A stretch of DNA of 64,000 nucleotides. It comes from a virus. Its lineage: Duplodnaviria > Caudoviricetes. The notes below the pieces were generated by a model. It made no database searches. It was given only the letters and a program-made list of their open reading frames with translations, and was not told where the DNA came from. Location of the stretch: IMG/VR virus record IMGVR_UViG_2918829582_000002, positions 3,435 through 67,434 of that record. The stretch is one strand, 5' to 3'. Shown in pieces: positions 16,601 through 25,888 of this stretch. Position 1 is the first letter of the stretch. Each line of letters opens with the position of its first letter. The position numbers were made by a program, and so were the translations under genes.

Positions 16601-18223
16601 TCAGTGCTGCGCTGCGTTCATTGAAGTCGCGACACGGGCGGGCGTCGAGTTGGTGATGTTGATGTTGACGTTTTGACCTTTGCGGAGCATCAACTGGGTG
16701 ATTTTCGCGATGTAATCGCGGGTTTCACGCGGAGCATGAGATTCCCAGTTTTCGCCGTTCTTCGCGACGTCCTTGTCCAGGTTGCCCATCCCCCAGTTGT
16801 ATGCCGCCAGGGCTTTTCGAACGTCGCCTCCGTAGCGATTCAGGAGGAACGCGTCATATTTCCGCGCAGCATCCTGCGAATCCTTCAGATTGTTGATGTC
16901 ACCACGCCCCCACTCCTGCCACGTGTCCGGCATGAATTGCATCGGACCTCGGGCACCTTTGGGCGAGAGAGTCTTTTTGCCGCGCGCAGACTCAACCGTG
17001 TACTGCGAATCAATGATCGCATCCATCGTCGGGGCCTCGAGCGTGCCCCACGATGTCGATCCGCCTGCATTGAATGCGTTCCTCAGTCCGGGTATCTTGT
17101 CGCGCAGCCAATACCCCGCCGTTGCCAGTCCACCGACGACACCGCCTTGCTTCGCCGCCTCCTCGCGGGAAACGGGCGGGCCCTCCAAGGCTGCGATGAC
17201 CTTTTTGGCTTCAGGGCCTGCAACCTTCAGAAGGTTGGTCGCAGCCGCCGCGGCAGCATCGCCCATGATCTTCAGTTCCGGCGACATCTGAGCCAACTGT
17301 GAGTTGAACTCATTCATCACCTGAGCCCAGTCGGACTTCAGGGCCGCTTTAACATCCGAAGCCTGATCTGCCGTGTTCTGGTCGACCTCGTTGCGTTTGG
17401 CGTCGGCGATTGTTTTCTGCTGGGCTTTTGCCCATTCGCTATCGCCGTAGCTCGCGCCGGTCCGAAGCTGCTGAAGCGACAGCACGTCGGTAAAGCCATA
17501 AGCCTGCGCCAGAGTCGCCGCCGGCATTCCTGACTTTTGCCATTCCCGATATTTCCCGCTGGCAGCCCGGGCAAAGTCATACGTCAACTGTTCGGCGTCT
17601 TCGCTCTGGATCTGCTCGGGCGTGAGGCCAGCAGCCATGAATGCTCGCCATTTGGTCACATCGCCCTGTGCATTGGCGACGTTACCCAGGTCTGCCGCTC
17701 CGAGCCCGAACTTTTCGAAGTTGGCACCAAAAGCTTGAGTTTGACCGATACGGAGACCAAGCCCGCGGGCCTGAAGATTTTGCCCGGCCAGCGCATTGGT
17801 TGACGCAAAGACGGCTGCCGGAAAGGACATCAGAGAACCGCCGATTGCCCCTAACTTCAGAAGCATGCCGCTCATCTTGGCGAAGTCTGTATGTACCGCC
17901 TTTGAGAACTTCGCCATGCGACCCATCTGAATGGCGCCGTCTTTCGTCTTGGTGTTGAACTTGTCCTGCGCGCCCGTCGCTTTCATCAGCCCCTGAGTTA
18001 TCGCATTTGCCTGAATGGCTGCGATCATCAGGAACTCTTTGGACGACTTCGAGGAATGGGAGAAGTCCTCCATGCCGGCGCCAGCATCGTCGATGGCGCC
18101 CGTTACCTTAGCCCAGTCCTCGGGCATATCGGCGAGCTTTTTTTGATAGTCCTCAAAGAGAGCATGAAACTCGCGAAACTGCGAGTCGTTGATCTCAATA
18201 TCGACGATTGCTTTTTGCGTCAT
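16601..18223 (-). CDS. Tape measure protein with C-terminal lytic transglycosylase (SLT) domain
   Basis: Helical Ala/Lys/Gln-rich body; VES...SPKGARGPMQFMPDTW...KALAAYNWG. Confidence 0.88.
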   Translation of the reverse strand: MTQKAIVDIEINDSQFREFHALFEDYQKKLADMPEDWAKVTGAIDDAGAGMEDFSHSSKSSKEFLMIAAIQANAITQGLMKATGAQDKFNTKTKDGAIQMGRMAKFSKAVHTDFAKMSGMLLKLGAIGGSLMSFPAAVFASTNALAGQNLQARGLGLRIGQTQAFGANFEKFGLGAADLGNVANAQGDVTKWRAFMAAGLTPEQIQSEDAEQLTYDFARAASGKYREWQKSGMPAATLAQAYGFTDVLSLQQLRTGASYGDSEWAKAQQKTIADAKRNEVDQNTADQASDVKAALKSDWAQVMNEFNSQLAQMSPELKIMGDAAAAAATNLLKVAGPEAKKVIAALEGPPVSREEAAKQGGVVGGLATAGYWLRDKIPGLRNAFNAGGSTSWGTLEAPTMDAIIDSQYTVESARGKKTLSPKGARGPMQFMPDTWQEWGRGDINNLKDSQDAARKYDAFLLNRYGGDVRKALAAYNWGMGNLDKDVAKNGENWESHAPRETRDYIAKITQLMLRKGQNVNINITNSTPARVATSMNAAQH

Positions 18224-18517
18224 GCCGGTCGCTTAAGCGCCTCGATTAGGTATCTCTGACGGAACTGCTGCGCCGTCCGATACGGGCTGTCGTATCGCTC
18301 GAACACTTCTCCGAAGCCTTCGCCAGCGATGTAATTCAGGACGGAATCGACGATGGTGTCATTGCCATAGGCGCGACCGGTGTCAATGTCGGCAAAGAGG
18401 CGAGGAATTCCGTAGGTGTGGATGATGTGATCGACGCACCCAGAAATTCGGACGTTCCCCTCGCTGTTGTTGCCCGGTCCGCCTTTCTCGCCAGCGCATA
18501 GTGAGATGTAAAAAAAA
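18220..18517 (-). CDS. Putative -1 frameshift extension (gpGT-like) of the tail assembly chaperone
   Basis: Open -1 frame from the T8 run at 18510-18517; its stop overlaps the tape measure ATG (ATGA). Confidence 0.5.
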
Positions 18518-18998
18518 CGATGCCCGACAGCGCCTCCTCCCAGTCTTCCGAGTCGATCTTGCCGCTCGAGATGGCCGTCTCTACGGGGAGTTGATCCCAC
18601 CCATGCGGGCCAGGACAGAGGATTGTCGTGAGGCGTTTGAATTCTGCAAAGAGGGCCTCCGAAATCTCGTCCTGAACGTTGCCCAGTTCATCGACCATGC
18701 CAAGCGCGGCAGCTTCTTTGCGACACTCGTCTTTTAGCGTGAGCGCCGCAATACGAGGCCCCGCACTCATCAGGTAAGCCGCTCCCTTGCTTTGAAGGGC
18801 GGCCTTCGTCGAGGCGAGTACGCGGTAGTGCTGTTCGAAGATCGCACGGGAAACCGGCACGTGGAATGCGTAGATACGGACCACTTCTTCCGTGACATCC
18901 TTCGTAACGGGCTTGCCGTCAACTTCCTGCGCGACCTTTCGGACAACTCTTTCTGTTACTACTGGCAACACCAGGTTGCGCCGTTCGTCAATTTTCAT
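18336..18998 (-). CDS. Tail assembly chaperone (gpG-like)
   Basis: Between tube and tape measure genes; start MKIDERR. Confidence 0.7.
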   Translation of the reverse strand: MKIDERRNLVLPVVTERVVRKVAQEVDGKPVTKDVTEEVVRIYAFHVPVSRAIFEQHYRVLASTKAALQSKGAAYLMSAGPRIAALTLKDECRKEAAALGMVDELGNVQDEISEALFAEFKRLTTILCPGPHGWDQLPVETAISSGKIDSEDWEEALSGIVFFTSHYALARKADRATTARGTSEFLGASITSSTPTEFLASLPTLTPVAPMAMTPSSIPS

Positions 18999-19087
18999 CT
19001 CAATCCTTTGTTGAGCCTTATGAGGAGCCACGGCAACCGGTAAGGTGCCGGCTTTCGGGTCGCGTCCCTAGCCGTGGCGTGAGCGTG

Positions 19088-19531
19088 TTACTGGAATGAC
19101 CAGAGTGACGAGTTCACATTAAACGTGCCGCGCAATGTGATCCGCACAACAGGGTCGGTGCCGTCATAGGCGCCCGGCGAAATCATGCGAATGCCGGTGT
19201 CGTTCAGCGTAATGGCGGGAAACGCCGAGGTATCGCTGTGGATCGTCACATCACCGAGAATGCTGGTGTCCTGCGCCTGCGTGAGCCAGTTCGCAGCCAA
19301 TGCCTGAGAGCGAAGAAGGCCAACGGTGATCGTCGCCATGACATATGGCTCGGGCGAATTCACCACACCGGTCGCCGTTTCGATCTGCTGATTGAAGTCA
19401 CCCTCGAATTCAATATGGGCGAACGACTTGCCCATGTATTGACTCGTGATATTCAGCGTCGGGAAATCGGCGATAACAACGGAGCATCGGACGCGATTAA
19501 GCGGTCCCGCATTCAGATAGGGATTTGCCAT
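19088..19531 (-). CDS. Tail tube protein
   Basis: 147 aa directly after the sheath; TATGVVNSPEPY motif. Confidence 0.75.
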   Translation of the reverse strand: MANPYLNAGPLNRVRCSVVIADFPTLNITSQYMGKSFAHIEFEGDFNQQIETATGVVNSPEPYVMATITVGLLRSQALAANWLTQAQDTSILGDVTIHSDTSAFPAITLNDTGIRMISPGAYDGTDPVVRITLRGTFNVNSSLWSFQ

Positions 19532-19540
19532 GTTGCGTCC

Positions 19541-20866
19541 TTAAGCCACAAACTGCGTAGCGTCTAGGTTGAAGGTAATGGTCAAAAATGCGTTCTGACC
19601 AACCACCGTTGCCGAGAAGCCGTTGTAGATGCCGGCGTTGTAGTCGTTCGGGTTTTCCGTTGTGTACTGGGCAAACGGCACCGCAGACACAACCGCACTC
19701 AATGCACAGCCGAACTTGACAGCGGAATTCGCCACGTTCTGAGCGACGGCCAACAGCGTGTTGATACCGTTCTGGTCATAGAGCAGCGGCGGATTGCTGT
19801 TCGAGCCGTTGATGATTGCCGCGGCGAGCGCCTGCTTGACCTGAATGCGGAACCAGTCGATGCCGTACCACCATGCGGCCTGCTCGCCGTCCATCGTCGT
19901 GCCCTTGAAAATGCACGCGGTGGAAATGCCGCCCTCGGCACCAGTCAGAATCAGGTTGCCGTAGTTGGTCAGAACCGTGTTGATGTTCGTCTGGTTGCCG
20001 TTTTGCGACCAGGGCGTGACGCCATATGCATAGCGATACGACATCGGTGCCAACGGATTCGACGATCCCGGCTTGTTCGCGAGCCAGTTATAGAAATCGA
20101 CCGCCAGTTGATGCTCGGTTGATGCCTTCGTCGGGCTGGGAACCTGCGCATATACCGCCTTGTTGTTGGCGTAGTTCGGCAGGTTCGCAACGGTCGTCGT
20201 GACGAAGAAGTATGTCTGACCGCTGGGGCTGTCGTAGTTCGCCGTCATCGTGTTCAGGGCCGCGGACGATGCCACATCCCACGAAGCCGGCAACAGATAT
20301 GCGTAGAACACCTGCGGATTGCTGTTCGTAGTGATCCACGTTTGCAAAGCGGTGATTGCCGAGGCCGCCGTGGTCTGCGCGCCCAACTCGAGCACGTAGA
20401 CGCCGACCGAATTTCCCTGCGCGAAGAACGTCGTCGCCGCGTTGCTCAGGAAACCAGCGTTCGACGGCAGGTACGTCCCCGGAACCGTTTCAGTGCCGGG
20501 ATTCGTCGCGAGAGCGAACGTGAAGGTATTGGCGCCCGTCACCGTGGCAACGTAGGTGCCGTTGTAGGCGGCAGGCGTCGCACCAGCAATAGTCGTGGTG
20601 AACGTCTGGCCCGTCGAAAGGCCAATGGTTGCCGCTGTGGTTGCTGTGACGGTGCCGCTCGACCAGACCATACCGGTCAAAGCCAGAGGAGTTGCGAGAA
20701 GCGCCTGAACTGCGGAGAGCGTCCCGCAATACTGGTAGGTACCGGCAGTTAGCGTCGTACCGCCCGCAGACACAATCGCGCCGCTTTGCTGAAGCTGCGA
20801 GACGGTCGGCGCGCGCGTGACGGTCGTATTGACCGTTACGATCGTCGGTGTGATTGTGGTCGCCAT
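19541..20866 (-). CDS. Tail sheath protein (DUF3383-like) with an inserted beta-domain
   Basis: 441 aa; WYGIDWF and PLLYDQNGINTL motifs; upstream of the tube gene. Confidence 0.8.
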   Translation of the reverse strand: MATTITPTIVTVNTTVTRAPTVSQLQQSGAIVSAGGTTLTAGTYQYCGTLSAVQALLATPLALTGMVWSSGTVTATTAATIGLSTGQTFTTTIAGATPAAYNGTYVATVTGANTFTFALATNPGTETVPGTYLPSNAGFLSNAATTFFAQGNSVGVYVLELGAQTTAASAITALQTWITTNSNPQVFYAYLLPASWDVASSAALNTMTANYDSPSGQTYFFVTTTVANLPNYANNKAVYAQVPSPTKASTEHQLAVDFYNWLANKPGSSNPLAPMSYRYAYGVTPWSQNGNQTNINTVLTNYGNLILTGAEGGISTACIFKGTTMDGEQAAWWYGIDWFRIQVKQALAAAIINGSNSNPPLLYDQNGINTLLAVAQNVANSAVKFGCALSAVVSAVPFAQYTTENPNDYNAGIYNGFSATVVGQNAFLTITFNLDATQFVA

Positions 20867-20884
20867 GTGGGCGGTCTCCAGCTA

Positions 20885-21250
20885 TTAGATGTACGAAACT
20901 GCGACGGAGCCAGCCGTTCCGGGGGTCACGACAATGCCGTTCGCACAAGGCCAGTCGAGCGTGTAGACGGTGCCGGCCGCCGGGGTAGCTGCCGAGAAGA
21001 TCAGGTTTGCTGCTGCGGCCGCCCCGGTGGTGGCGGCGTCGTTCGCAGTCAGATTCCCGGTGATCGTGCTGGTGACGACGATCCGCACAAGACGGCCAGC
21101 GCTGGCTTTTACTGGGGTCGCGGCGGTGATGTTGTAGACGCCGGTCTTGCCCGAGGCGATTAACTCATTGCCTTGAGCATCGACCTGGTTCATCACGAAT
21201 TTGCCGGACGGATTGACGGCGGTTGCTGCATTCAAAGGTGCCTGGGGCAT
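20885..21250 (-). CDS. Small beta-rich virion protein (decoration-like)
   Basis: 121 aa Ala/Thr/Gly-rich ORF between neck and sheath genes. Confidence 0.6.
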   Translation of the reverse strand: MPQAPLNAATAVNPSGKFVMNQVDAQGNELIASGKTGVYNITAATPVKASAGRLVRIVVTSTITGNLTANDAATTGAAAAANLIFSAATPAAGTVYTLDWPCANGIVVTPGTAGSVAVSYI

Positions 21251-21262
21251 GTCACGCTCCTG

Positions 21263-21290
21263 AAAAAGAAAAACCCCGCCGAGGCGGGGT
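21263..21290 (-). terminator. Intrinsic terminator
   Basis: ACCCCGC-CTCG-GCGGGGT then T run. Confidence 0.8.
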
Positions 21291-21313
21291 CTGTTTCGAT
21301 CACCTAACGTCTG

Positions 21314-22261
21314 TCAGGTGTTGATGGAAGAAAAACCAGCGGAGAGAATCAGCCGGCGCGCAATCGCGTCTGAGGTCGTCTGGAAATACCAGGCCTCGAT
21401 GTCTAGCGTCTTTTTCATCGCAATCACGTTGAGTTCGGATTGCGTTCGCTTGGCGTCCTTGATCGCTGGAGAATTTCCGAACCCAAAGTTGTCCGTGTTC
21501 AGCGAGTAATCAATGAGATTCGCGTAGAACTGCGTGGCCTGCTGATTGGTCAGGCCGTACATCGTCAACCGAACCTTGTCCTTGGCGAGCTGCGAGCTAG
21601 GCAGATCATGCAAGGGCGATGCGCCAGAATTTGGCACGACAGTTCCCGGCCAGACATAGATCGGGAAGGATGGTGCCTCTGTTGCATCCGGTTCGACGTG
21701 GGCCACGATATAGGGCGGCACGACGTTAGCGGGGACCAGATACGACGGATAAACAGGCAACTGCGGCGTGCTTTGTGCCAGCCATATAGGCAGACTGTTA
21801 GAGACTATCGGCCCGGTTGGAAGATCGGCTTCACTGTCGATCAGTTGCGAGGCAAGTGCCGGATAGACCGCATTCCCAACGTAGTGATACAGGTTGGCTT
21901 GCCGGTAGAGCGCGCCTCGAGCATTGAACGAGAACCGGACGCCGTCGATCACGCCGATAAAAAGATCGGTAGGAGACGCGGCGTTAAAAACATCGATCTG
22001 GCTCAGAGCCGTAAAAACGATGCGATTGACGTCGATTGTCTCGTCTTCGTTCTGCTGCTGATCGGTCAACTGGTGCAAAGAACCTTGGACCGTCTGGGTG
22101 ATTCCGGTGTTGACCCAGAAGACGTACCCATCAGCCGGCATGATCGACTGGCTGTATTGCGTGAAAGTAACTGTCTGGTTTTGCGACAGTTGGTCGACGC
22201 CGGCCGCCAGTGTGCTCGCCAACTGGCTTTGCGAGCCTAGCGATTCAGCGATAGATGGCAT
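21314..22261 (-). CDS. Neck/tail completion protein
   Basis: 315 aa in the head-tail joining position. Confidence 0.6.
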   Translation of the reverse strand: MPSIAESLGSQSQLASTLAAGVDQLSQNQTVTFTQYSQSIMPADGYVFWVNTGITQTVQGSLHQLTDQQQNEDETIDVNRIVFTALSQIDVFNAASPTDLFIGVIDGVRFSFNARGALYRQANLYHYVGNAVYPALASQLIDSEADLPTGPIVSNSLPIWLAQSTPQLPVYPSYLVPANVVPPYIVAHVEPDATEAPSFPIYVWPGTVVPNSGASPLHDLPSSQLAKDKVRLTMYGLTNQQATQFYANLIDYSLNTDNFGFGNSPAIKDAKRTQSELNVIAMKKTLDIEAWYFQTTSDAIARRLILSAGFSSINT

Positions 22262-22821
22262 TAGTCAAACCACGCTATTAGAGTCGACCAGTACAGCGTC
22301 GTGTCCATGAAGGATGGGCGACGGGGGTTAGCCTTCGCATACGGGTGCTTCAGACGGTGATTGACGCCATTCAAAGCAGCCTGGGTTGGTACGCCCTCAA
22401 TCCCCATGTGCTCGATTTCTTTCAACGAGATGAAGTTTTTCATCATCGTTGTGATGGAAGACTCCGCACCTGAGAATGGATTTCCTGACGGATGACCGCC
22501 CATCATCATCGTTTCGAGTTGGCCGGCGATGGAATCCTCAAGCGCTTTGGCGATGTCAGGGAGGCGCGCAAAGGCGAAGGTGTCTAGCACACCGTACTTT
22601 TCTTCGAGGATTTCCGCCACTTCGCCAGTGGTCTTGGTGGCAGCGCTTTTCTTGGGCTTCTTCTTGCCTTTGCCCGCTTGCGCACGCTCCACATAGGGAA
22701 GGTCAATGACCCCTAGATGCAACGTGATCCGGTTGGGAGGCGCAGTCGTGGTGCCGACGTGGATGGGCGAATAACTTCCGCCGCCCTCTGCCACTGGCAT
22801 GCCAAGGTCTTTTGCTGCCAT
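22261..22821 (-). CDS. Neck/virion morphogenesis protein
   Basis: RRPSFMDTTLY C-terminal motif; head-tail joining position. Confidence 0.6.
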   Translation of the reverse strand: MAAKDLGMPVAEGGGSYSPIHVGTTTAPPNRITLHLGVIDLPYVERAQAGKGKKKPKKSAATKTTGEVAEILEEKYGVLDTFAFARLPDIAKALEDSIAGQLETMMMGGHPSGNPFSGAESSITTMMKNFISLKEIEHMGIEGVPTQAALNGVNHRLKHPYAKANPRRPSFMDTTLYWSTLIAWFD

Positions 22822-22829
22822 GATTCACC

Positions 22830-23333
22830 TCAAGACAAGCCCCACACGTTCCCAGCGTCCTGCTGCATGGATAGCCATTGCCGCCCATATGGATCGCGTA
22901 ATGCTTGCAACTGTCCGAGTGTCAGGCCCTTCAGGAAGTCCGGCGACAGCAGCGAATCGGATGTGCCTTGGTCCGCCGCCGAATTGACCACGCCAGGAGT
23001 AAAGCTGGTCAGTTTCATGTCTGCGCGCGTCTGTGCGAAAAACGTCTGGCCAGACTGATCGGGGCACCAGTTCAGCAGAAAAGAAGTAGCAAGGCAGTAG
23101 ACCGCAAAGCAGTAATAGTCCTGCCCGATGGCATACAACACCAACAGTGTTTTCTCTTCAGCGTAGCTGAGCGCCCATGTGATATACGGGCTACTTGATG
23201 GCAACGCAGCAGTCGGAACGCCGACTACTGTAGTGAGGAATGTGTACAGATCGGCGGCATTGGGTGCTGACTGCGTTTGCCATGGGGCGAGCACGCCCAT
23301 GCCTGGAAGCGGGGGAAAGCAGGGCGTGCACAT
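22830..23333 (-). CDS. Head-tail connector (DUF4054-like)
   Basis: Start ATG 23333 with AGAGGA RBS; DPYGRQWL motif. Confidence 0.65.
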   Translation of the reverse strand: MCTPCFPPLPGMGVLAPWQTQSAPNAADLYTFLTTVVGVPTAALPSSSPYITWALSYAEEKTLLVLYAIGQDYYCFAVYCLATSFLLNWCPDQSGQTFFAQTRADMKLTSFTPGVVNSAADQGTSDSLLSPDFLKGLTLGQLQALRDPYGRQWLSMQQDAGNVWGLS

Positions 23334-23341
23334 ATTTCCTC

Positions 23342-23857
23342 TTAGCTCCGGCTGCGACGTCCGCGGCGGCGATCCGATTGCTGCGGCTTTTCTTCGCCGA
23401 CCGTGATGACTTCGTGAACCTGTGATTCGACGCCCTTCTGGTCCACCTCTTCGATTTCGACCTCGAAAGATGCGATCTTCGAGTCGGTTTCCTGGGCGGC
23501 CCTGCGCATCAGATCGTCCGACGATGCGGCGGCCTCCTTGCGGCGCTCGGCTGCTTCGTCGTACAGCACGTCCTCGTTGTTCGTCATCGTGTTGTACAGG
23601 CGGTCCAGTGGGATCGGCGTGTCGAACTGATAGCACTGGCCGACGAACCCCCTGGCGCGATCGATTTCCGACACGGGCAACATGCCGTACATCTTGTGCT
23701 GATTCACGATGCTTTCGTGATCTGCCCGGGAGCCTTCGGGATAGATGCTCTTCTGCTGACCCGGAGGGATTTCAACGAAGATCGGGCGCTGCGTGCGCTC
23801 CGTCCAGAAGTGGAGTTGAAACTGGTGCTTCGTGAGATTTGCGACGTAAAGAGCCAT
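23342..23857 (-). CDS. Hypothetical head-associated protein
   Basis: Start MALYVANLT (23857); synteny after the capsid gene. Confidence 0.6.
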   Translation of the reverse strand: MALYVANLTKHQFQLHFWTERTQRPIFVEIPPGQQKSIYPEGSRADHESIVNQHKMYGMLPVSEIDRARGFVGQCYQFDTPIPLDRLYNTMTNNEDVLYDEAAERRKEAAASSDDLMRRAAQETDSKIASFEVEIEEVDQKGVESQVHEVITVGEEKPQQSDRRRGRRSRS

Positions 23858-23950
23858 GATGTTCCCTGTGAGAATCCCCTGTGATAAATGCCTACGCCAA
23901 CCCGCACAGGGAACGGGCTTTCGGCTGCGCAGCCTAGGCGTAGGACAAAC

Positions 23951-23974
23951 AAAAAAGCCCGCATATGCGGGCTT
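23951..23974 (-). terminator. Intrinsic terminator after the HNH gene
   Basis: AAGCCCGC-ATAT-GCGGGCTT then TTTT. Confidence 0.85.
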
Positions 23975-23979
23975 CGTGA

Positions 23980-24759
23980 TCAGTTCTGCTTCGGCCAGTG
24001 GGAGGCCTTCTTCTGTCTGGCTAGCCAGACGATAGGATCTGCTGATCCTTTTCCGAGATTGCAATCACGGCATAACCATTGCAGATTTTCTATCGTGTTA
24101 GAGCCGCCGAGGCTCAGTGGCATCCAGTGATCCAGATGCATATCGTCTTGTAACCGGCTGTCGCAGTTCGCGCAGCAACCGTCTTGCACGACATACAGAG
24201 TTCGCGTTTGTGCGACGGTGTGCGCTCCAGCATTGGTTATGCGTGCGCGCCTGTTTCTCCATGATGTGGCGACGGCATCTCGATTCTGCTCCTTCCACTT
24301 CTTTCCGTATGCCGACGTACGTTCCTTATTTTCGGATCGATACTCCCGGTCGTACGTTCGACGCGCTTCCGAATTCGCCTTTCGGTATTCAGCTATTTTC
24401 GCCCTGTTGTTGTCTCGATACTTCTTCCACGTTTCTAGCAACTTCTTTTTGTTGGCAGGATTGCCAACATAATTCAGCACCGCTCTTGCCCTGACATCAG
24501 AATTCGCTTTCGAATATGCGGAAGTTCGGGCGATCACATTATCCCGGTACTTCTCGTAATACCTTCGATGCCGCTCTTTGTACTTGTCTGGGTTTTTGGA
24601 TCGATCATCTGCAACTTCCTGGGCTCGGCATGGCTTGCAGCGTTGTCGCACACCGTCCTTCGAACGCTTGTGACGGTGGAAATCAGAAAGTGGCCTTTCG
24701 ACCTTGCATCCGGAGCAAATCTTGAGTTGTTGTAAACTGGCGTCAGCCATGCCGCTCAC
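23980..24759 (-). CDS. HNH homing endonuclease
   Basis: N-terminal CSGC...CKPC; C-terminal CANC...HLDHWMPLSLGGSNTIENLQWLCRDCNLGK. Confidence 0.9.
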   Translation of the reverse strand: MSGMADASLQQLKICSGCKVERPLSDFHRHKRSKDGVRQRCKPCRAQEVADDRSKNPDKYKERHRRYYEKYRDNVIARTSAYSKANSDVRARAVLNYVGNPANKKKLLETWKKYRDNNRAKIAEYRKANSEARRTYDREYRSENKERTSAYGKKWKEQNRDAVATSWRNRRARITNAGAHTVAQTRTLYVVQDGCCANCDSRLQDDMHLDHWMPLSLGGSNTIENLQWLCRDCNLGKGSADPIVWLARQKKASHWPKQN

Positions 24760-24859
24760 CTCGTTACAGGTAGGGTTGCTTGGTTAGAGGCCCCGCCGTG
24801 TTGGTAGCACGGTGGGGCCTCGCCATTTTAGCGACAGGCAGTTAACCCTGCAACGAACT

Positions 24860-25879
24860 TCAGAAGCCGGCAGACACCAAGGTAATTGCCTCCGGACGGG
24901 GAGCCCATCCGGATGTGCTACGCAGCTCGGATACCACATCGACCGCTCCGGCCGGCAATGGCGCAATAATTTCAGTCGGAGCGGCGCGGTCGACGAGTTG
25001 CAGCGAGCAGGCGTCGAGACCCGGCGTGAGTTCGGCAAACACGTTCGTGTTGATCTTGTTCACGCGGTTCTTCTTCACCTCCGGCATGGAGATGATGATC
25101 AGGTCGGTGCCGCCTGCGCCCTTGCCGATGAGCGTGTCATCGCAAGTCCAGGTGATCTCGTCCTTGTTCCAGCCAGCGACGTCGTCCACGAGGCCGCGGA
25201 TCGACTTCGAACCCGCGCCTTCACGTTGGAATTGCGTGAGTTGGACGATGCCGTAGTAGCTGATCGCCTGCATGATGCGCTGGGTCGTCAACACCGTGAA
25301 ACGGGCCGGGACGCCAACCGTCATCGTGCGCGTCTTGATCGCAGCGATCTGCTGTGCGAGGAAGAACGCCAGCGCGCCGTTGTCGTACGTCGAGATGGTC
25401 GTGTTGCCGTTCGGGTCTGCCGGCAGGTTCAGTGCCGTGGCGCCGTTCGCATTCAACAGGCCTTCGCCGTTCGCCGGGTTCGCGCCGTACAGCAGCAGGT
25501 TCCGTTGTTGCTGGAACGTGCCCTGACGCATTGCCAGGCGATGGGCTTCGACGGTCGACGCGCCAACGCGGCCGAGGGCAGCCGTGTCGTGATGATCGTA
25601 TTCGGCGCGCGAACGGATCATGTACGTCGGCGTGCTGATTTCGTTGTACACGACCGTGCACGACGGCAGCGCGTTGGCTACAAACTGGCCGGTCTGCACC
25701 TGGGTGCGGACGTCGAGGCGCTTGATGTAGACAGCCAGATCACCCTCGCCGAGACGCACGAGCGGGTCGCCCGTTGCGATCGTGTCAAACGCGCCCGAGG
25801 CCTGTTGATACTGCAGGAGAAGTTCGGGAACCACGTACGACGGGTTGACCCGGATTTGTGCCGGTACGATATTGGCCAT
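24860..25879 (-). CDS. Major capsid protein (HK97 fold, DUF2184-like)
   Basis: 339 aa; RNLLLYG...EGLLNA motif; follows protease and cement genes. Confidence 0.85.
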   Translation of the reverse strand: MANIVPAQIRVNPSYVVPELLLQYQQASGAFDTIATGDPLVRLGEGDLAVYIKRLDVRTQVQTGQFVANALPSCTVVYNEISTPTYMIRSRAEYDHHDTAALGRVGASTVEAHRLAMRQGTFQQQRNLLLYGANPANGEGLLNANGATALNLPADPNGNTTISTYDNGALAFFLAQQIAAIKTRTMTVGVPARFTVLTTQRIMQAISYYGIVQLTQFQREGAGSKSIRGLVDDVAGWNKDEITWTCDDTLIGKGAGGTDLIIISMPEVKKNRVNKINTNVFAELTPGLDACSLQLVDRAAPTEIIAPLPAGAVDVVSELRSTSGWAPRPEAITLVSAGF

Positions 25880-25888
25880 GTTCTGTCC

